A stretch of DNA of 64,000 nucleotides from Phoronis australis (Eukaryota; Animalia; Phoronida): positions 360,486 to 424,485 of the forward strand of contig NMRA01000394.1 of assembly GCA_002633005.1 (NCBI GenBank), written 5' to 3'. The notes beneath the pieces were generated by a model, which saw nothing but the letters and a program-made list of their open reading frames with translations, searched no databases and had not been told where the DNA came from. The position numbers and the translations under genes were made by a program. Position 1 is the stretch's first letter; each line of letters opens with the position of its first letter. Below are positions 11,524 through 25,600 of the stretch, one piece after another.

Positions 11524-14500
11524 GTGAGTGGTGTCATCTTTGTTATCTGTCCATCTGCGCTACAGACATCGTCGTCATAATCAGGCGATCATTGCTATTT
11601 GTTGTGACAAGGTCAACTTCATTTACCTGTAACTAGGTCACAATGTACACCTGGGTTTTATTTGAATGAGCGTGTACAACCGTTCGGCGGAACAAAAATT
11701 GGTCACGCAATGGAACTTGCGTGGAGATGATATGAAACTATGTGAGGTTTGAATCATTTCTCGTCTGAAAGATTTGCTTGTAAATTTTATCAACTATCGG
11801 AATTTTCGAAGTATTCCGGAATATCACGGCCATGCAGAGTTAGAATTTGTGCAGTACATTTTAAACCTTTACTCAACCGTAGTACTCACCTCAATGTATA
11901 CTGACAATCGATGCCAGCTCCAGACAAATCACGTTACGTAATCCTATTGCCCTAGTCTATGGATTACCAATTGTTCAACTTGTAACCTCGCCGTGTGGTT
12001 CATTCAAACCAAAAGCTTCTCCCTCACAAGACGTTTACATGTACATTTCATACTGTTGTACCAACTGATCTCTTTCAAACTGCGTTTACTGATTAGACGC
12101 ATAAACGTAAATCCCACTTACGTTGCCTTTTGAATTTTCCTCATTGTTGACAAACAAAAAACATTCATTGCACTTTACAAGCTGAACGCTTCAGAAACTG
12201 ATTCTGTGTTCAATCCCAGGTTAATAACCTTAATTTCAATAGGATGCTGAGACTGGTGCTTTCGTGGCATTTTGTCCAGTTTTAGTTGGCATACTTCTCG
12301 TGTTTAAAAAATCCCTTATATCTGTTGCAGCTAAAATGCAAACAAGGTTACTCTGTTAAGCATAAACTTGGAATCCTGCTTAATCTCAAGATCACGTATG
12401 CGTGAACTTGGAATACAAGAGGAAACTTGGAAATTTTCACTTAAGTAATTACGTTCACGTTGAAAAAAAAAAATGCACTGCTCTAATTCAAGTTCCAACA
12501 AACCGTTTTTCAACTATTGTCGATCTTATTCACCATACAATATTTGATTTAACCCCTTCACGTATTCCACTGATTCTTTGACACACGGTAAAGGAGAAAA
12601 TAGGTGATCGTAAAGGCCAATAATTACAAAAATTTTGTACACTGAACAAAAGATTTTCACCCGATTGCCCTAATGAATATTCAGTTCTAAGTTCACGCAT
12701 GCACAGTGTTGATATAAAGCAGAATTTCAATTTCACGCACAGCAAATTCCTCCACAAAGTTGTCTCAAACCTTTCCACAAACCTTGATAGAAATTAAATT
12801 CTATCCCCAAATATCAAGGTTCCTAAACTAAAAGGTCAACGGACTCATAAACGCGGGCACGGACGCATGAACACGACTCACGGACCTGCAATATACGATC
12901 CACATAAACAATAACAATCGGTTTAAAGGCGAAGGCAACCTTTTTCATGTCATTTTTAGCAAAAATAAGGTTCGCTGATTATCCCAGACAAATTTTTCAC
13001 TTATTTACTGCTTTTCGTAATTCAATTAATTACTCGTCATTTACTCTGGAAGTAACGTTTTGGGAGAAAATAATTTCGCGCCAATTTCTTTTCATATAGT
13101 CTCACTGTGAGAGCAGTCGAGTCAGTCATTGTTCTACCTCGGTTGTGATAAGTTCGGTCGTCGTTTGCTTTTGCTTACGAGTCAGTCAACATGCCACGCT
13201 GTTGCTGCGTACTGGGGTGTTCTCATTATCGTCTCACGTACAGATGAAGAACTGTCCCACTTGCCCGAGTGTCCCGTGACACACTCCCACTGGGGGGTGA
13301 TCTGAGCACCCAAACTGCTTTCATCCCGCCGTGTGACTCCCTCGCCACACACCTGGCACCTTCTAAATAGCTCCAATACAAGTCCACAATAAACTTATCA
13401 AACTTAGGCTCACCGATCTGTTCATTGGATGACGAACTGTCCTCTTCACTGGGTGTCGAACTGGGCCTGTATTCACTCCCACTACTCAACATCGCTGCAG
13501 GGCTGCTTACAGGCTCTGGGCTAGAGACAACAGCACAGGGCGAATCACTGCTCGTTCCCGGAATTGCACGCAATGGGGTACGTTCGGAGGCACGGGTGAC
13601 AGAAGATGAAGTGCCTCCAGTCACTGTACATAGTGGCCACAGCTCGCGAGGCTTCTCGCTTCAAAAAAGCACTTCTCGGGGTTGGCGGCGGGGCACTGCA
13701 GGACATCAACGACGGTATGGTACCCTTCTTCAAGCGTTGTTTCGCAGGGACCTTCTTCAATTCAGCGTACATATCTCTGTCGTAATCTGACGGCAGAAAA
13801 TGCTAGCCACACGCTCGGTAACCCACTGCTTCGTACGTTGCGTAGACGAGTAGCACTGCGTTCTTCACATGAACGATCTAGCCAAGTACGGCGAAGTGTG
13901 TCATCCTTCGGAAAGCGACGCAAGGTACCCAAAGCGCGTGTGAGACGATAATGAATGGAACGGCATGAGAATTTTCGGACGGATCCGGCTATTAGTGTGC
14001 CCCCTTTTAAAAGGCAATTTTAGTTTTTGTGTTTGCTTCTGTATCTTCAGAGCTTCTTGACGAATTTTCATGAAATTTGACAAATAGGTACAAGTTAAGG
14101 TGTCGACGTTGCCTTCTCAACGTATTCTGCGCCACTTAGCGGTCTTTCCTACTGTTTTTGATGAAATTTTATATTGTGTTCCCACTGAGAAGAGGACGGC
14201 TCGCGATAACTTTCGGACGGCTTCGACTACTTTGACTCCCTCCTAATGGAGTTTGTGCGTCTGCGGCTGTATCGTTGAAACCAGTTTCGGGAACAATGTT
14301 AAATTTTATAAGTATATTTGTAATAAAATAACAACGGATGGTGACGACTTTTTGGCCCCTTAGTGACAATTTCACTGTTTTATTAAGTTTTCCCTTGCAT
14401 GTTTAAAGTTCCTTGATGGATCACTACGTTTTTATACTAGGAAAGGCATAGCTGACAATAATTTTCGAACGGTTCCGACTACTGTGACATCCCCTTGTTG

Positions 14501-17500
14501 CAGAATTTTCTCGTCCGCGATTTTATCTCTTCAACTTCTTGCAGGGTCTTAATTAAATTTGTTCTGTATTCTTAAGCACGTGACAACGGATGCCAATTTC
14601 CTTTTTTTAAGTTTTCCTCTGTATCTTCGGATTTCGTTTATGGATAATCATGAAATAGGGCAAATTGGTGTGTATTAAAAAGACAATAACAACTTCCCGT
14701 TTTCGGTTGGACTCGACGTATTTTATGTAAGCTAGTGGCCATTTTTATGCTCCAACATATTTATATGTGGACGTATTACAGGGGCGGATCCAGGATTTTA
14801 AGTTAGGGGGGGGGTCAGGACAGATTATTAGCCAGGATTTTGGCCGTCAGACATTCACACCCCCGAACNGGCCATGGCCCCCTCTAAATGCGCCATTGCA
14901 TTATGCCGTCATCTCCGTCGGTCCGTCCGTCCGGCGTCCGTCCGTCCGGTGTCCGCTGTGCCCACAAGTGGCAATTTCATTTTGTTCTGTTTTCCTTTGT
15001 TTCTCTGAAGTTTCTTGACAGATTTTTGTGAAATATGGCATGTGCCCGTTTTTGGATGGATTGTACGTTTTTGCGCCATCTAGTGGCCATTTTTATGATA
15101 CAAATAACCCTAAAAGCACACCATTTGCGATATATTCGTGGGCGCATTTCAACGGTCCGCGTTGCTCTTGTTTATTAATTTTGAGACTGGTTTTTGGCGT
15201 CTGCCTCTCTATCGCCTAAATCTGTCTTGAAAAGTGCATGGCTGAGATGACGACTGTTGTAGCGGAATTTTATTGTTTTACTTGTTTCTCAATACAAGAT
15301 GATGGATCGTCATGAAATTTGGCGCGTGTTTCTATTGAGGAAAATACAACTGACGTGGATTTTGGGACAAACCCGACAACTGCAAAGCTGGCTAATGGCA
15401 ATTCTTGTTTTCCTTTACGTTTCCGTTTACCAAGTTCCTTGATGAATGCTCGTGAAATTTGGCAAATAAGTTACTATCACGCAGATGCTATTTAGTAGCA
15501 CCGCTACGTTTAGTGGGAATGTTTATAACAAAGTTCAAATCTGGAGCGGCACCATGTACGATGCGCACGGTTGGTGCATATGAACGCCCCGAGTTGCTCC
15601 TGTTCATCAATGAGAAATAATTGTTTCGTCAAATGTAAATTAATCAATTATGTTTCAGGTGATCGCCATCGTTTGCCTTGGATGTGTCGGTAGTAGTGCT
15701 TTCATACATGGTGCCCAGGGATTCTTCATTTTTGTCGCCGTGATAGGGTTCATCATAACACTGTTTCTGTACATTCTCTTCTTGCTAGGACTTGTGGATT
15801 GGATCAATTTCCCATGGGAATTCATCGTAAGTATAAAACGTGCGATGCCCATTCAACTTCCATAATCTCCTCGCGCTCTGTTTTGAATGTAGATTTAGGA
15901 TATCTCAAACCTTATTCACAAAAATTGGCTATTTTTACAATATTTCACATATGTCTAGCAAAATATTTCATATTAATTCTCGGGTACTTCAAGTATTAAA
16001 AAAAGATTTAGCAAAATCACCTTGGAACCGCACAACCGCGTGGAAATTTGTTTACTACTCATCCGAGGTCAAAGGTTACGGGGCAGTCACTCAAATCGAA
16101 TTTCCCACCAGGCACACAGCAGCCCCGTATGTACCCTCATTCCTTTCATCCACCACAACATTGCGTCAACGACGAGTACATATGTTAGAAAGATGCCGGG
16201 GAAAACGAAGACAAAACGTAGTTTTGATCCTGAGGGAGTTTTTGTGTCTGCATGCGTACGACCGTTGAGAACGAACCCAACAAGTTGTTAAAAGAGAAAA
16301 TTTCTCTCCCAAATTCCTTAATTCGCTGTTTTGATCTCATGCTCACGACTAGACAGTGACAACAGCTTTTAGCTGGCCGGAAGCTTTTGGCCGAATAATG
16401 CCTCACACCGACTAAAACATCAGTGTCACATTCTTCTAAATACCTTTTGCGCATAGAGGGACACCTTAGGAGACCGTCTCAAACTCGAATAAATATTCCC
16501 GTAATCAAACTTTTTCTTGGAGCAGACCCTCGTTCAGTTCCCAAAATCGGTAACTGGCCATTTTTCCACTGCGCACGCCAGGGGATATAACACCATTCCA
16601 CCTGCCACGTGCATTGCTAAAAATGGCCAGTTTCCGATTTTGGGAAGTGAACGAAAGCCTGCTCGAAGAAAAAGTTTGATAACGAGATTATTTGTTAGAG
16701 TTGAAAGGATGGCATATTTTAAGATGCATAGAGGTGTCCCTCTATGCGCAAAAGCTACTTATAACTTGACTTTGATTTTTTAATCAGTGAGAGGCATAAT
16801 TCGCTGAATAGCTTCCGGCTGATGAAGCTATAGGAGCTATACCATTTTTACTGAGCCAGCTAGGAACGGTGGTCACTGTCGTGCTCACGACTTTACTTTA
16901 ACCACCGACTCGATTTCTGTTATCCATTTCGTTCTTGGTTTTCGTCATTGAGTCTCCTACTAGCGCGTGGTGTGTCTAACAATGATTTGTCGACCTACAT
17001 GTACTTTAAAGTGGACCACAATGCACCAGTTTGACCCACTTGGAATTCGACCAAACGTTTTTTCTGATAATCAAGTTCATTTCGTACCGCAAATTTATAT
17101 GACATGAATGTTGAAATAATGAACGAGGCTAAGGGGTACATAGCTTATATTGACCAAATATACGTTTTCACCGAATAATTACCCGAATACATTGAGACTT
17201 TCACGTCTCGCCACATAATCGGCTTTTTCTCGGCTTCGGAAAATCTACTTAATTTGAACATAGGAACACGAGTTTTCGAAAACTGATCTTGAGAAAAAAC
17301 ATATTTTCACTAGTTGACAAAACCTAGATTTTTAGATATAAGAGAAGGGGGGGAGGTTGGGAAATGGGCACGGTTTGTAAACTGTTGCGCAACAGAAAAT
17401 TCCGAACCCCTAAAATTTTCTCGTTGTATGATTTACGAAAAATAATATTGAAGACGCAAAAGACTCAAATCTGTATTTTGGCATTCACGCAGTCGTGAAA

Positions 17501-20500
17501 TTATTCATAGTTATGCAACTTTTTGTTTGTATAATCGAATTGTTTATGTGGTCACATTTTTCAGTACAGATTTAGAATTTAAAATCGCAGGTCAAATTCC
17601 TTTTGTTAAACGCTGGTGGTGGCAGACACTATGCTATGTTAAAGTGTTTTAGAACTTCTTGTAAAGCGATTGTTTTATTTTGTTTTGTTTTGTTTTGTTT
17701 TCTAGGAAATGGCTTATGGTATCGGAGCCGTTCTACTTTATTTGATAGCTTCCATCACTTTGGCTGTTTACACTTATGGTTTTTCAGAACAAATTGCTGG
17801 CGTGGTAAGTGACATATCCGAATATAATACTACACTGAGTTACAATTACGCATTGTACAAGACAATGTTTAATTTTCTACTAGTATTGCACATGAAAACT
17901 TGGAATTGAATAGTGCTGAACTGTAAAAACTAAAAGTATTGTAACTGCTTGGCTATTAAGATACTAAGGACCGTTTTCATTTCTTGCAAGTCTTTATATC
18001 AAACATGAATTAAGTTTTGAATTTTAAGTCACCATGTCACTGTCCTGGTTGGTTTTTGTTAAAGAAGTGATTTCCGGCGTTAGATAGGTAGTTTCTTAGA
18101 CTTAAGCCCCGGGTCTATTGTACCGGAAAATTTGACTAATTGCCGTGCAGGTTACGCCTCCAGTGAGTTTACAAAATGTGTACTAAAAATTTTGTGTGAA
18201 TGTTTATGGTCCAAGTCTGAGTCAGAGTCGAATCTGAGTTAGAAGCCTAAACTCTGGGTCCTGGTCTCGTTGATTTGATCAGAGTTGGTGCGACAATCAA
18301 TGACGAAAGCAATATCGTTCTTCTCCTGCCAGTTCCCCTCCTCGGAGTATAGCTTCTGCCACGCTGTCGTTTTGTGCCTCTGTGTGCTCAAAAAGATTCA
18401 CAATGTCTGACATTGGGTTAATATCGTTTTATTACTGTTCAACACGTGACACCCAAACCAAACTAAACACTTCTACGAGCATTTGGTATTTTTACAACTG
18501 TTCATAGGAATATTGACTCGCATGCTTCGTAAAGGGCCGGGTTGTGAAAATGGTGACGAAAAAGCGGTGGGTTTGGCTTAGGCGAATATGCATACCCCAC
18601 ACATCCTTTCATACAAACCTGCCATGTAATTGTTTTGACTGTAATTAGAAAACCTTAGGCAGCGTTCTATCTTGATACATCACTGGCTCGCCCTTGGCAC
18701 CCAATATTGATTGCATGCTATTTTGAAGTCATTTATTTTTACGGAGGTCGGACATGACATCTGCTCACTACATGATGGTGTCTGATAAACATAATAAACC
18801 AGTAAGAAGACTAATAATTATTAGTTTTAATAAACGACAGAGAAAGCCAATAATTTCAATGAACCATTTATCCAGCCATACTTACAGACAATGTACCAGC
18901 AGTAAAACTGGATGATTACGAACAATAAGTTGGTATTACCCGTTTTTCAAGTCACTCACGTTCACCCTGGGTCATACAATATCCAGTCTCCTGTAAACAG
19001 GTGAACCATAGGTGTCCATCGACTGATGGAAACTTGCAATTGTCATTTTTGGAACGTAAATTTCTCAATTTTGTAATATTGAAATATTTCTGCTTTTAAT
19101 AAATTGAAACATGGCAAGCATTTCATTAACCACTGGCAGTGAGCTTATTTGAGATACTTATTTGAGGTTATTATTACGTTCAAAATTTTTGGTCCTGTGA
19201 ATTTGCTAAAAGATTATATACTGAATTACCATAATTTTCTCCCAACCGGCTCTTCCCCACAATAACGACACATAATTATGCGAAGCGGCTACTTACAATT
19301 TTCAAGAGAAACAGTCAACAGTACCCGATGACTCGTCAGAAAGAAATGCTTAAAGATGTTCCCCATTTTGTTTCAAATTTGTTGTGTCTTTTTGTACAAT
19401 TGGTTAACCAAGGATTTATGATTTATAAACAAAGTTTCCTGTTCGCGGAGAATGTAAGATACGAGAAAGTATTTTGCGGGATGTTTGGCAAAATAGATTA
19501 ATCTTTTTTCCGACTTTAAGATATTCGCGTAGTGATGTCCTCAAGCCGTAAAGTTCTGTGAAACGTGGAGCAAAGTAGTGTGCTTTAAAGAATTGATCGT
19601 ACGTCATAGTCACCAAGTCTTCCTGCGAGTCTAAAAAGACATACGCTTACACAATTTTATGTTTATTCCACCTTCCATATTACAATAAATGTATTGCCTA
19701 CAAAAAAGTGGAATTGAACCACAGTGGTTCACATGCTAACTTCTCATGATTCTCAGGGAAAGTTCTGGGAAATTTACTGGCGCCACTATGTATTTCTTTC
19801 CAGAAAAGATTATTGGACCAGATTTCGTAAAACTGCACAGGAATACCGTGTTATTGATGGGAATACTCAAGGATAGAATATTTTGCCATAGGTCGACAAA
19901 AATTCACGAGTCATACAACCGCCAAGACAGAGGTCTTGCGATAGAGAATTATTTTATCATTTTACCACTCCAGATAAAATTAAGGTAAAGTCACCCTTAT
20001 GAAGAGTTTTTGGGAGGTGAAAGCAAGGAAATAAATAAATGTTCAAATTTTAGAAAGCGTGAACGATTTCACCACAGTTATTTTGTCTAGAGGAGTTAGA
20101 ATTCTCTTAGGCTTTACACCGTTTTGAATGTCCTTAATTTTTTCATGATTGAGTGAGAAAATGGAATTTGAAAGCGCTCGGGAACAAAAATAATGCGATT
20201 TAGATCCACTTAAAATATTTCTTTGTATCTTTGCTAGTACATGTAACCATGAATAAGACAGTTCGTGGCTTCATTTATTGAGACACAGTTAATGCCCACA
20301 TCATGAGTAACATCTTGCAGTCGTAAAAGTGATTGTTAGTTCATAAAATGATTGTCACCACACGGCTAAGATATACACGCGTGCTAAAACTAGTTTTGTT
20401 GAAAAATCCCTCTCTCATCTGTTACAACTCTGTATCTACTTTGGTTTGAATTTCAGGTTTTTGGTTTTATAAACATGATTCTGTATGCCTTCGGCACATT

Positions 20501-20552
20501 TTGGAGTTTTCAAGAGTGGAGAAGCGCGGGTGAAGCAGCCACCGCACAGTAA
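11356..20552 (+). CDS. MARVEL-domain tetraspan membrane protein (plasmolipin/CMTM/MAL-like), 4 exons, 176 aa: join(11356-11523,15659-15826,17706-17804,20457-20552)
   Basis: All introns are GT-AG and phase 0. The joined protein has a Pro-rich N-terminus, LDKGYVITLPALIKVAELVIAIVCLGCV (MARVEL TM1 signature), FFIFVAVIGFIITLFLYILFLL, INFPWEFIE, and AGVVFGFINMILYAFGTFW. It has four hydrophobic segments. Confidence 0.93.
12927..14010 (-). pseudogene. Degenerate THAP-domain transposase relic (Kolobok-like) in MARVEL intron 1
   Basis: Minus-strand frames give RRFPKDDTLRRTW, then YRACG*HFLPSDY...RLKKGTIPSL (THAP FP/W/CxxHF/AVPTIF-like box). A Ser/acidic linker follows, then KFIV..LLELFRRCQVCG...WECVTGHSGKWDS. 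Stops and frameshifts are present. The left end TTAA|AGGCG is Kolobok-like; the right end is uncertain. Confidence 0.75.
14020..15605 (+). repeat. Cluster of Helentron/DINE-like non-autonomous repeats with reiterated subunits
   Basis: TTTTTATGC start, (CCGT)n microsatellite at ~14915-14950, repeated TGAAATTTG...GCGCCACxTAGTGGCCATTTTT subunits, and ends ...TTGCTCTTGTT / TTGCTCCTGTT. Same family at 22261-22620. Family assignment is inference. Confidence 0.6.
14779..14898. mobile_element. Short GC-rich MITE (CAGGGGCGGATCCAGG family)
   Basis: CAGGGGCGGAT...ATGCGCCATTG termini; flanks TATTA/CATTA. Internal sequence is shared with 57856-58024. Confidence 0.7.
15659..15826 (+). CDS. MARVEL gene exon 2 (VIAIVCLG...PWEFI)
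   Basis: Acceptor TTTCAG|GTG; donor ATC|GTAAGT; 168 nt; strongly hydrophobic. Confidence 0.93.
16364..16829. repeat. Long imperfect palindrome / foldback element
   Basis: Mirror-positioned arms: GCCGGAAGCT/AGCTTCCGGC, TTTTGCGCATAGAGGGACACCT/AGGTGTCCCTCTATGCGCAAAA, ATCAAACTTTTTCTT/AAGAAAAAGTTTGAT, TTCCCAAAATCGG..ACTGGCCATTTTT/AAAAATGGCCAGT..CCGATTTTGGGAA. Confidence 0.9.
17706..17804 (+). CDS. MARVEL gene exon 3 (EMAYGIG...IAGV)
   Basis: Long polypyrimidine tract, TTCTAG|GAA; donor GTG|GTAAGT; 99 nt. Confidence 0.92.
20457..20552 (+). CDS. MARVEL gene exon 4 (VFGFINMILY...ATAQ*)
   Basis: Acceptor TTTCAG|GTT; TAA at 20550-20552; encodes the last TM segment. Not in the ORF track because it is too short. 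Confidence 0.9.
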   Translation, partial: VFGFINMILYAFGTFWSFQEWRSAGEAATAQ

Positions 20553-22260
20553 ATATTCGCCACCACGTGTTTGACGTTATCAGAAGCACGCGTACTCAGC
20601 ATTTCCTGTGCATCGCCTGGTGTGAAATACTTCCTAGAGTAGGTCAAGTTTCTACTGTTTTAGCTGATCACGCGGAAATGGAAAGAGCGCAAAACAGCTT
20701 CAGGCGTTTCTCACATCAGTGTTTGGCTTCTAGTCATCACCCATACTTGACTTCTGAAATTTTTTAGCAAACTAAGTAATGACTGTTGATGACCTGCAAC
20801 AGGCCCTTTCAACCGTTTTGCAATATATCGCATTTCTGTTAGGTCTGTGCTTTCTTTCCGAGATTTTTTCTTAGTGTTGCCTTTGTGTTCAGGTTACGTT
20901 TCTTATTCCGTTTGTATTTTAAATATCCCGCTGTTGGTGGATATTTTAGGTGGAAGTTCAATGTGACTTCAAACTTGTCTCGTGATAAAAATAATTGTTG
21001 ATTCAGACTTTTTATTAATGTCAAACTTGTTACAGTTTGTTTCTTATGACCACCACAGAGCTGAACTGCCTCTTTGGAGTGAACTAGAGCTGAGCCTGGT
21101 TCCCCACCTAAACGTTAGATGGCGAGGCAGTTATTTGTTTACGTAGAGACTGGAAGGGTCTGCAGCTGAGCTGACAACCAACGACAAGGCGAGAACAAAT
21201 AAGCTACCGATTTGGTCATTCAATATTGTGTTTTCTCACCTTGGCGTGATCTGCCTGCTCAGCTGTCGTTCACTTGAGGCGGACAGATCTCCGCTTAAGT
21301 TGGACCTTACACATTCGAGAAGTGATTTATACGCGTGGTGAGATTTGGCAACACGTTATCGGCTTGCGGGAGTGCTTGATCCATAAAATTACCCATCGGC
21401 CGGGCCTAAAGAACCTATCGATACTGTCAGCTCTTCCCAAATACAGAAATTGTTTTATCTGAGTGAGAAACAAATTGAAACCGGTATTGTAATATTAAGT
21501 GATCTGAATCAAAAGTTGCACACCCGATTTTAAATTGTCGATCTGTACAAAGCAGTGCTCATGATGGTCACACACTACTATTTGGGGATACGGCTCGCCT
21601 AGGCTCTGATGAACTTGCGCCTCTTCAAGTAATCAACTTCACGGAAGACGATGTGCCTGCGGCTGATTAAAAGATGACGATCGAGAAATTAAACCCAAAC
21701 ATATGAACATCTCTCATAAGGCAACAGTTGTGCTTATACCTATGACTTTTAGTTGCTGATTTTAGCCTGTTTTTATTGAAAAACGATAGAATAGACTGAT
21801 ACATTGTTAGACTAAAAATATAGCCGACTCTGGTCTGCTTTTGTTCGTTGAGGCTATGGGGCGGTATTCCTTTTCACTCTCTACTTTTGCAAAAAAATCC
21901 CCAATAGATGGATTTTTCTTGTCTTCACTTCACTCAGCTCAAACCAGTTTTCGTGGTCAGCTTAGTGGTGCAGTTTCTTGTGCTCTTGCCGGTCGGTATG
22001 GACGCAATGGGTCATCTTGACTTGGAAAGCCGCTCGTTTGAAACCTAGCTTTAGTCCGTTTATGATTTTGAAAGAAGGAGTTTGAAACCTTAAATAAAGT
22101 TTATGAAGCGCAGGTTTCAATATGAGCAGGCGTGCAGACCAGAATAAGCTATGTTTTTGTTTGGACAAATATTTGTGTTTTAACAACCTTATTCTCATGG
22201 TTGGAAATTGTTTCAATCACTGTGTAAACTTGTTATATGCGTAGTTCACGTGAATAATAA

Positions 22261-22620
22261 TTTTTATGCACCCAAACACACCTATAGGCCTATACATGTA
22301 TATGTGGGTGTTGCATGATGTCATCATCCCGTTTGTCCGTCCGGCGCCCGTTGGTGAATATCTAAAACGCCTCAGTGAACATTTGGGAAAATTTAAATAC
22401 GTGCTTCTATCATGGCATGGACGAATTTTTGACGAATTTGACTACCGGTGTGCCCCTTAGTAGCAATTTTAGCATTTTACATTTGCCTTTGTACCTTTCA
22501 AGTTCTTTGACGGATTTTCATATTTGGCAACTAGGAGACGACGCCTCCTTCTTGTTTGGGTGGATTCGACGTATTCTGCGCCACCTAGTGGCCATTTTTC
22601 CTGTTCTTTGATGTCCGTTT
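22261..22620 (+). repeat. Helentron/DINE-like repeat copy
   Basis: TTTTTATGCAC start and GTCCGTCCGGCG motif. CGTATTCTGCGCCACCTAGTGGCCATTTTT is shared with 14020-15605. Confidence 0.6.
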
Positions 22621-25600
22621 CTCTATCGGTCAAATCACTTGACGAATACAAAGTCAACGAATTTTAAAAGACGTATTGCGAATGAAAGAACTGAAAATTC
22701 AGTATCCATGATTAGGCGAGTAGGCCCTACACCCAAACAGTCAGCTCAGATTATTCCAATACAGGGTTTCCGCGCGAAAATACGTTGCATGGTTTGACTT
22801 TTTGCACATACTTTTGTATTGTGCATGCAGTATCATGCAGAATCCGACAACGAGATCGCTTGCTCCCATGCGAACCAACTACTTGCCACCTTGTAAAGTA
22901 ATTACCCAAAGTTAGCAGTCTTAGACAGTATCGTTGGTGCACTTCCATGCTGACAACAGGAGACGCCATATAAATGTACCTAGATTGTGGATGTTATTTG
23001 CACAGTGAAAGATTACAGCTCGCTGATTTACATTCAGTAATAATATAAGCGAAACATGTTTTCCAAATGTATTTCCAATAACGGTTTAATTGTCTGTTAT
23101 ATTCCTTTTCCTATGGCAGTAAGCCTACTGTACACGTTGAAAACTATTATCGTGTAAAGATATGTATGTCCAGATTTTATTCTGGGAAATAAAGGGGCTT
23201 CAGTTCCTTATTCTTTATTGAAATGACACAAAAAGGCTGAGCCTCGTTTTGCCACTGACCAAGATTGAACAGATTTGTCTTTGAAAACCCGCATGCCGCC
23301 AAATGTCGCTTAATCACCAGCACAGCAACTCCACTGTTTTGCGGAGCTCCGCTCTATGAGTTTAGTTAACCTAAGTCCCAGATTAATAAGCCATTGCGAC
23401 TCCTTGAGTGCGGAGTTGCACCACCCCGCTGCAGTGAGAGACGATTACTTTACTTATCTGGAGCAATGGTTAGAGGTCGCGATGTCAATCACGCGAGACA
23501 ACGAGACATTCGTCATTCACGCTCCCAGTAGTCACACGCAAAGAAATAAGTCGGAGAACAAGGCCCCCAAATAGGGACTCCGGCTAAATTTCCTAAACCT
23601 ACTGCGTATTTGTGGACTTTTGAAAACACCGATTGTCATTTCTTATGCTATTTTAGTTTCCTTACTAGTTAATATTTGGATTTGAATCAATTACAGAGTG
23701 AACTCTAGGTTGAATTCTCAATACGCTCCTATCATTGAAAATAACTATCAGGGATCTTTTTCTGCACCGCCCTTAATTTAAGGACTAAGTCTCTATTTCT
23801 TCATAGAACTCTGGGCTCACTTTTTAGATCTACATTGTATTGTTACAAAATGTCATTACTGTGTATTCGTGCGCGCCGAACGAAAGTAATAGTGAGTGTT
23901 GCTGTGTTGCAAAATCTCTTATCCTGGACCGATTTGAAAAATTCAAAGTTGTACTCATATTTGTTTTCGCTCCTCTTTTCAATTATTACAGTAAAAACTA
24001 CGTAAAACTCTCTCCATAAAAAGTACAGTCTGCAAGGCTAGATTGTAATCAGCTGATCATATCCGCATGAGCGAAGCCAATTATCCTCGCTCGTGACTCG
24101 ATGACTAGAGCAGCTTGGCGGCATCCCTTTGATCGTGAGCCGAGCGCGACTCAGCCAAGGTGGATAAATACGGTCTAGTTCAATTTTCCAAACCCCACAG
24201 TTTACCCTGACAGACGGGGTTTGGACCAATCTTATTTAGTGGGAATGTTTATAGCATGTAGTCGAAGAGGAGCTAACAATGAAAACGAAATGACAGAAAA
24301 ACGTAACGATTGTGAGTAAAAAAGACAATAACACGCAATTAGTTAAGGGAACTTATTTGGGACTGGTTCAAGCAAAGGGGCACAGAAATGTGACAGAATA
24401 ATACTGTCCATAAGCAAATGGCAGGAGACATTTATTAATCTCGAATACATTAGTGCGAGAGTATGATTCGAATACGCATCAGGTATTCTATCCAGAGAAC
24501 TAACTGTAACTCTGATGTCGGCAATGAATGGGAAAGGTAAGTACATGTAGTTGTTTAAGACTCAGTGGAGTCCCCAATCAGAAAGCAGGGGTATACAGCT
24601 TGAGTGGTGTTTTTTATGTGACTTGCTTCGACCTCATCGTAAGACAGCGGCAACTGATGGTTCACAGGTAAGCGAAAAATATAATTGCGTGATTTGGACG
24701 GGTTAGGAGATACAAACTAGTATTTTGTAGTAAATAATTTGCTATCATTATAACGTCAAATTTTGTTTCGCACGCTTTTCAGTTGCAATTATTTCATCGA
24801 GAATCAAACAAGGCATCACTCCCACCACCACACCATTGTATTCAAAGGCAAAAATGTTCACCGACTAAAGGTGTGCACTCTGAGATTGCTCACACGGGCA
24901 CTCTGAGCTTGCTCAGACGCACCTTGCTATCGCACTTGTGTAACAAATTACGTTTGGCTACATAAAAAGACCTTTGTATCACTCGAAAACATGACATAAT
25001 CGACTGTTCCTTTCTCCCAGTTATTTCAAAATCTCGATTTTGCTACTGCGCTACCAGCACGTCATCAAAATCTTTAGCCTTTTATTTCTTCAGGAAACTG
25101 ACGTCACATTTGTTTTCAAAACTGTGAAATATGAAGCATGCATAAATGCATCAAGCACTGTCACGTCATTTACGCGTATGCACTCAGCGTGCTTACACAC
25201 AGCTTGTGATTGCTTTGTTATAACCACAGGGCGTCTGTGTTGTTTTGCATAAAACAGCCGTTGCATGCCGTCTTTCCCAAAATACAATCGATTCTTCCAT
25301 TATCTATTCCAAGCATTTCCAGGAAGATTCTAAAGTTAAAATCTTCGAGTCCACTACATTTTGGCGCAAAACTGGCATCTGGCTGATCGAACGTGTCACC
25401 GACATGAGATCAAAAGCACAAACATAGCCTCTTAATTCCATTAATTACTTGGCGAATATACTTGTAATCCTGGAGTGGGTGAAGACGTGGCAGACTGTGG
25501 ACCTTGAGCATAGCCAAGTTCTCAGGCAGAAAGATGACTTTGTGTCAATCATAAGTATGCTGGGAATAGCATAACTGCAATCTTTTAGAATCCAGTCAAC

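Noticed and set aside
13425-13951. Plus-strand ORFs of 121 and 89 aa
   Set aside because: They are antisense shadows of the THAP relic.
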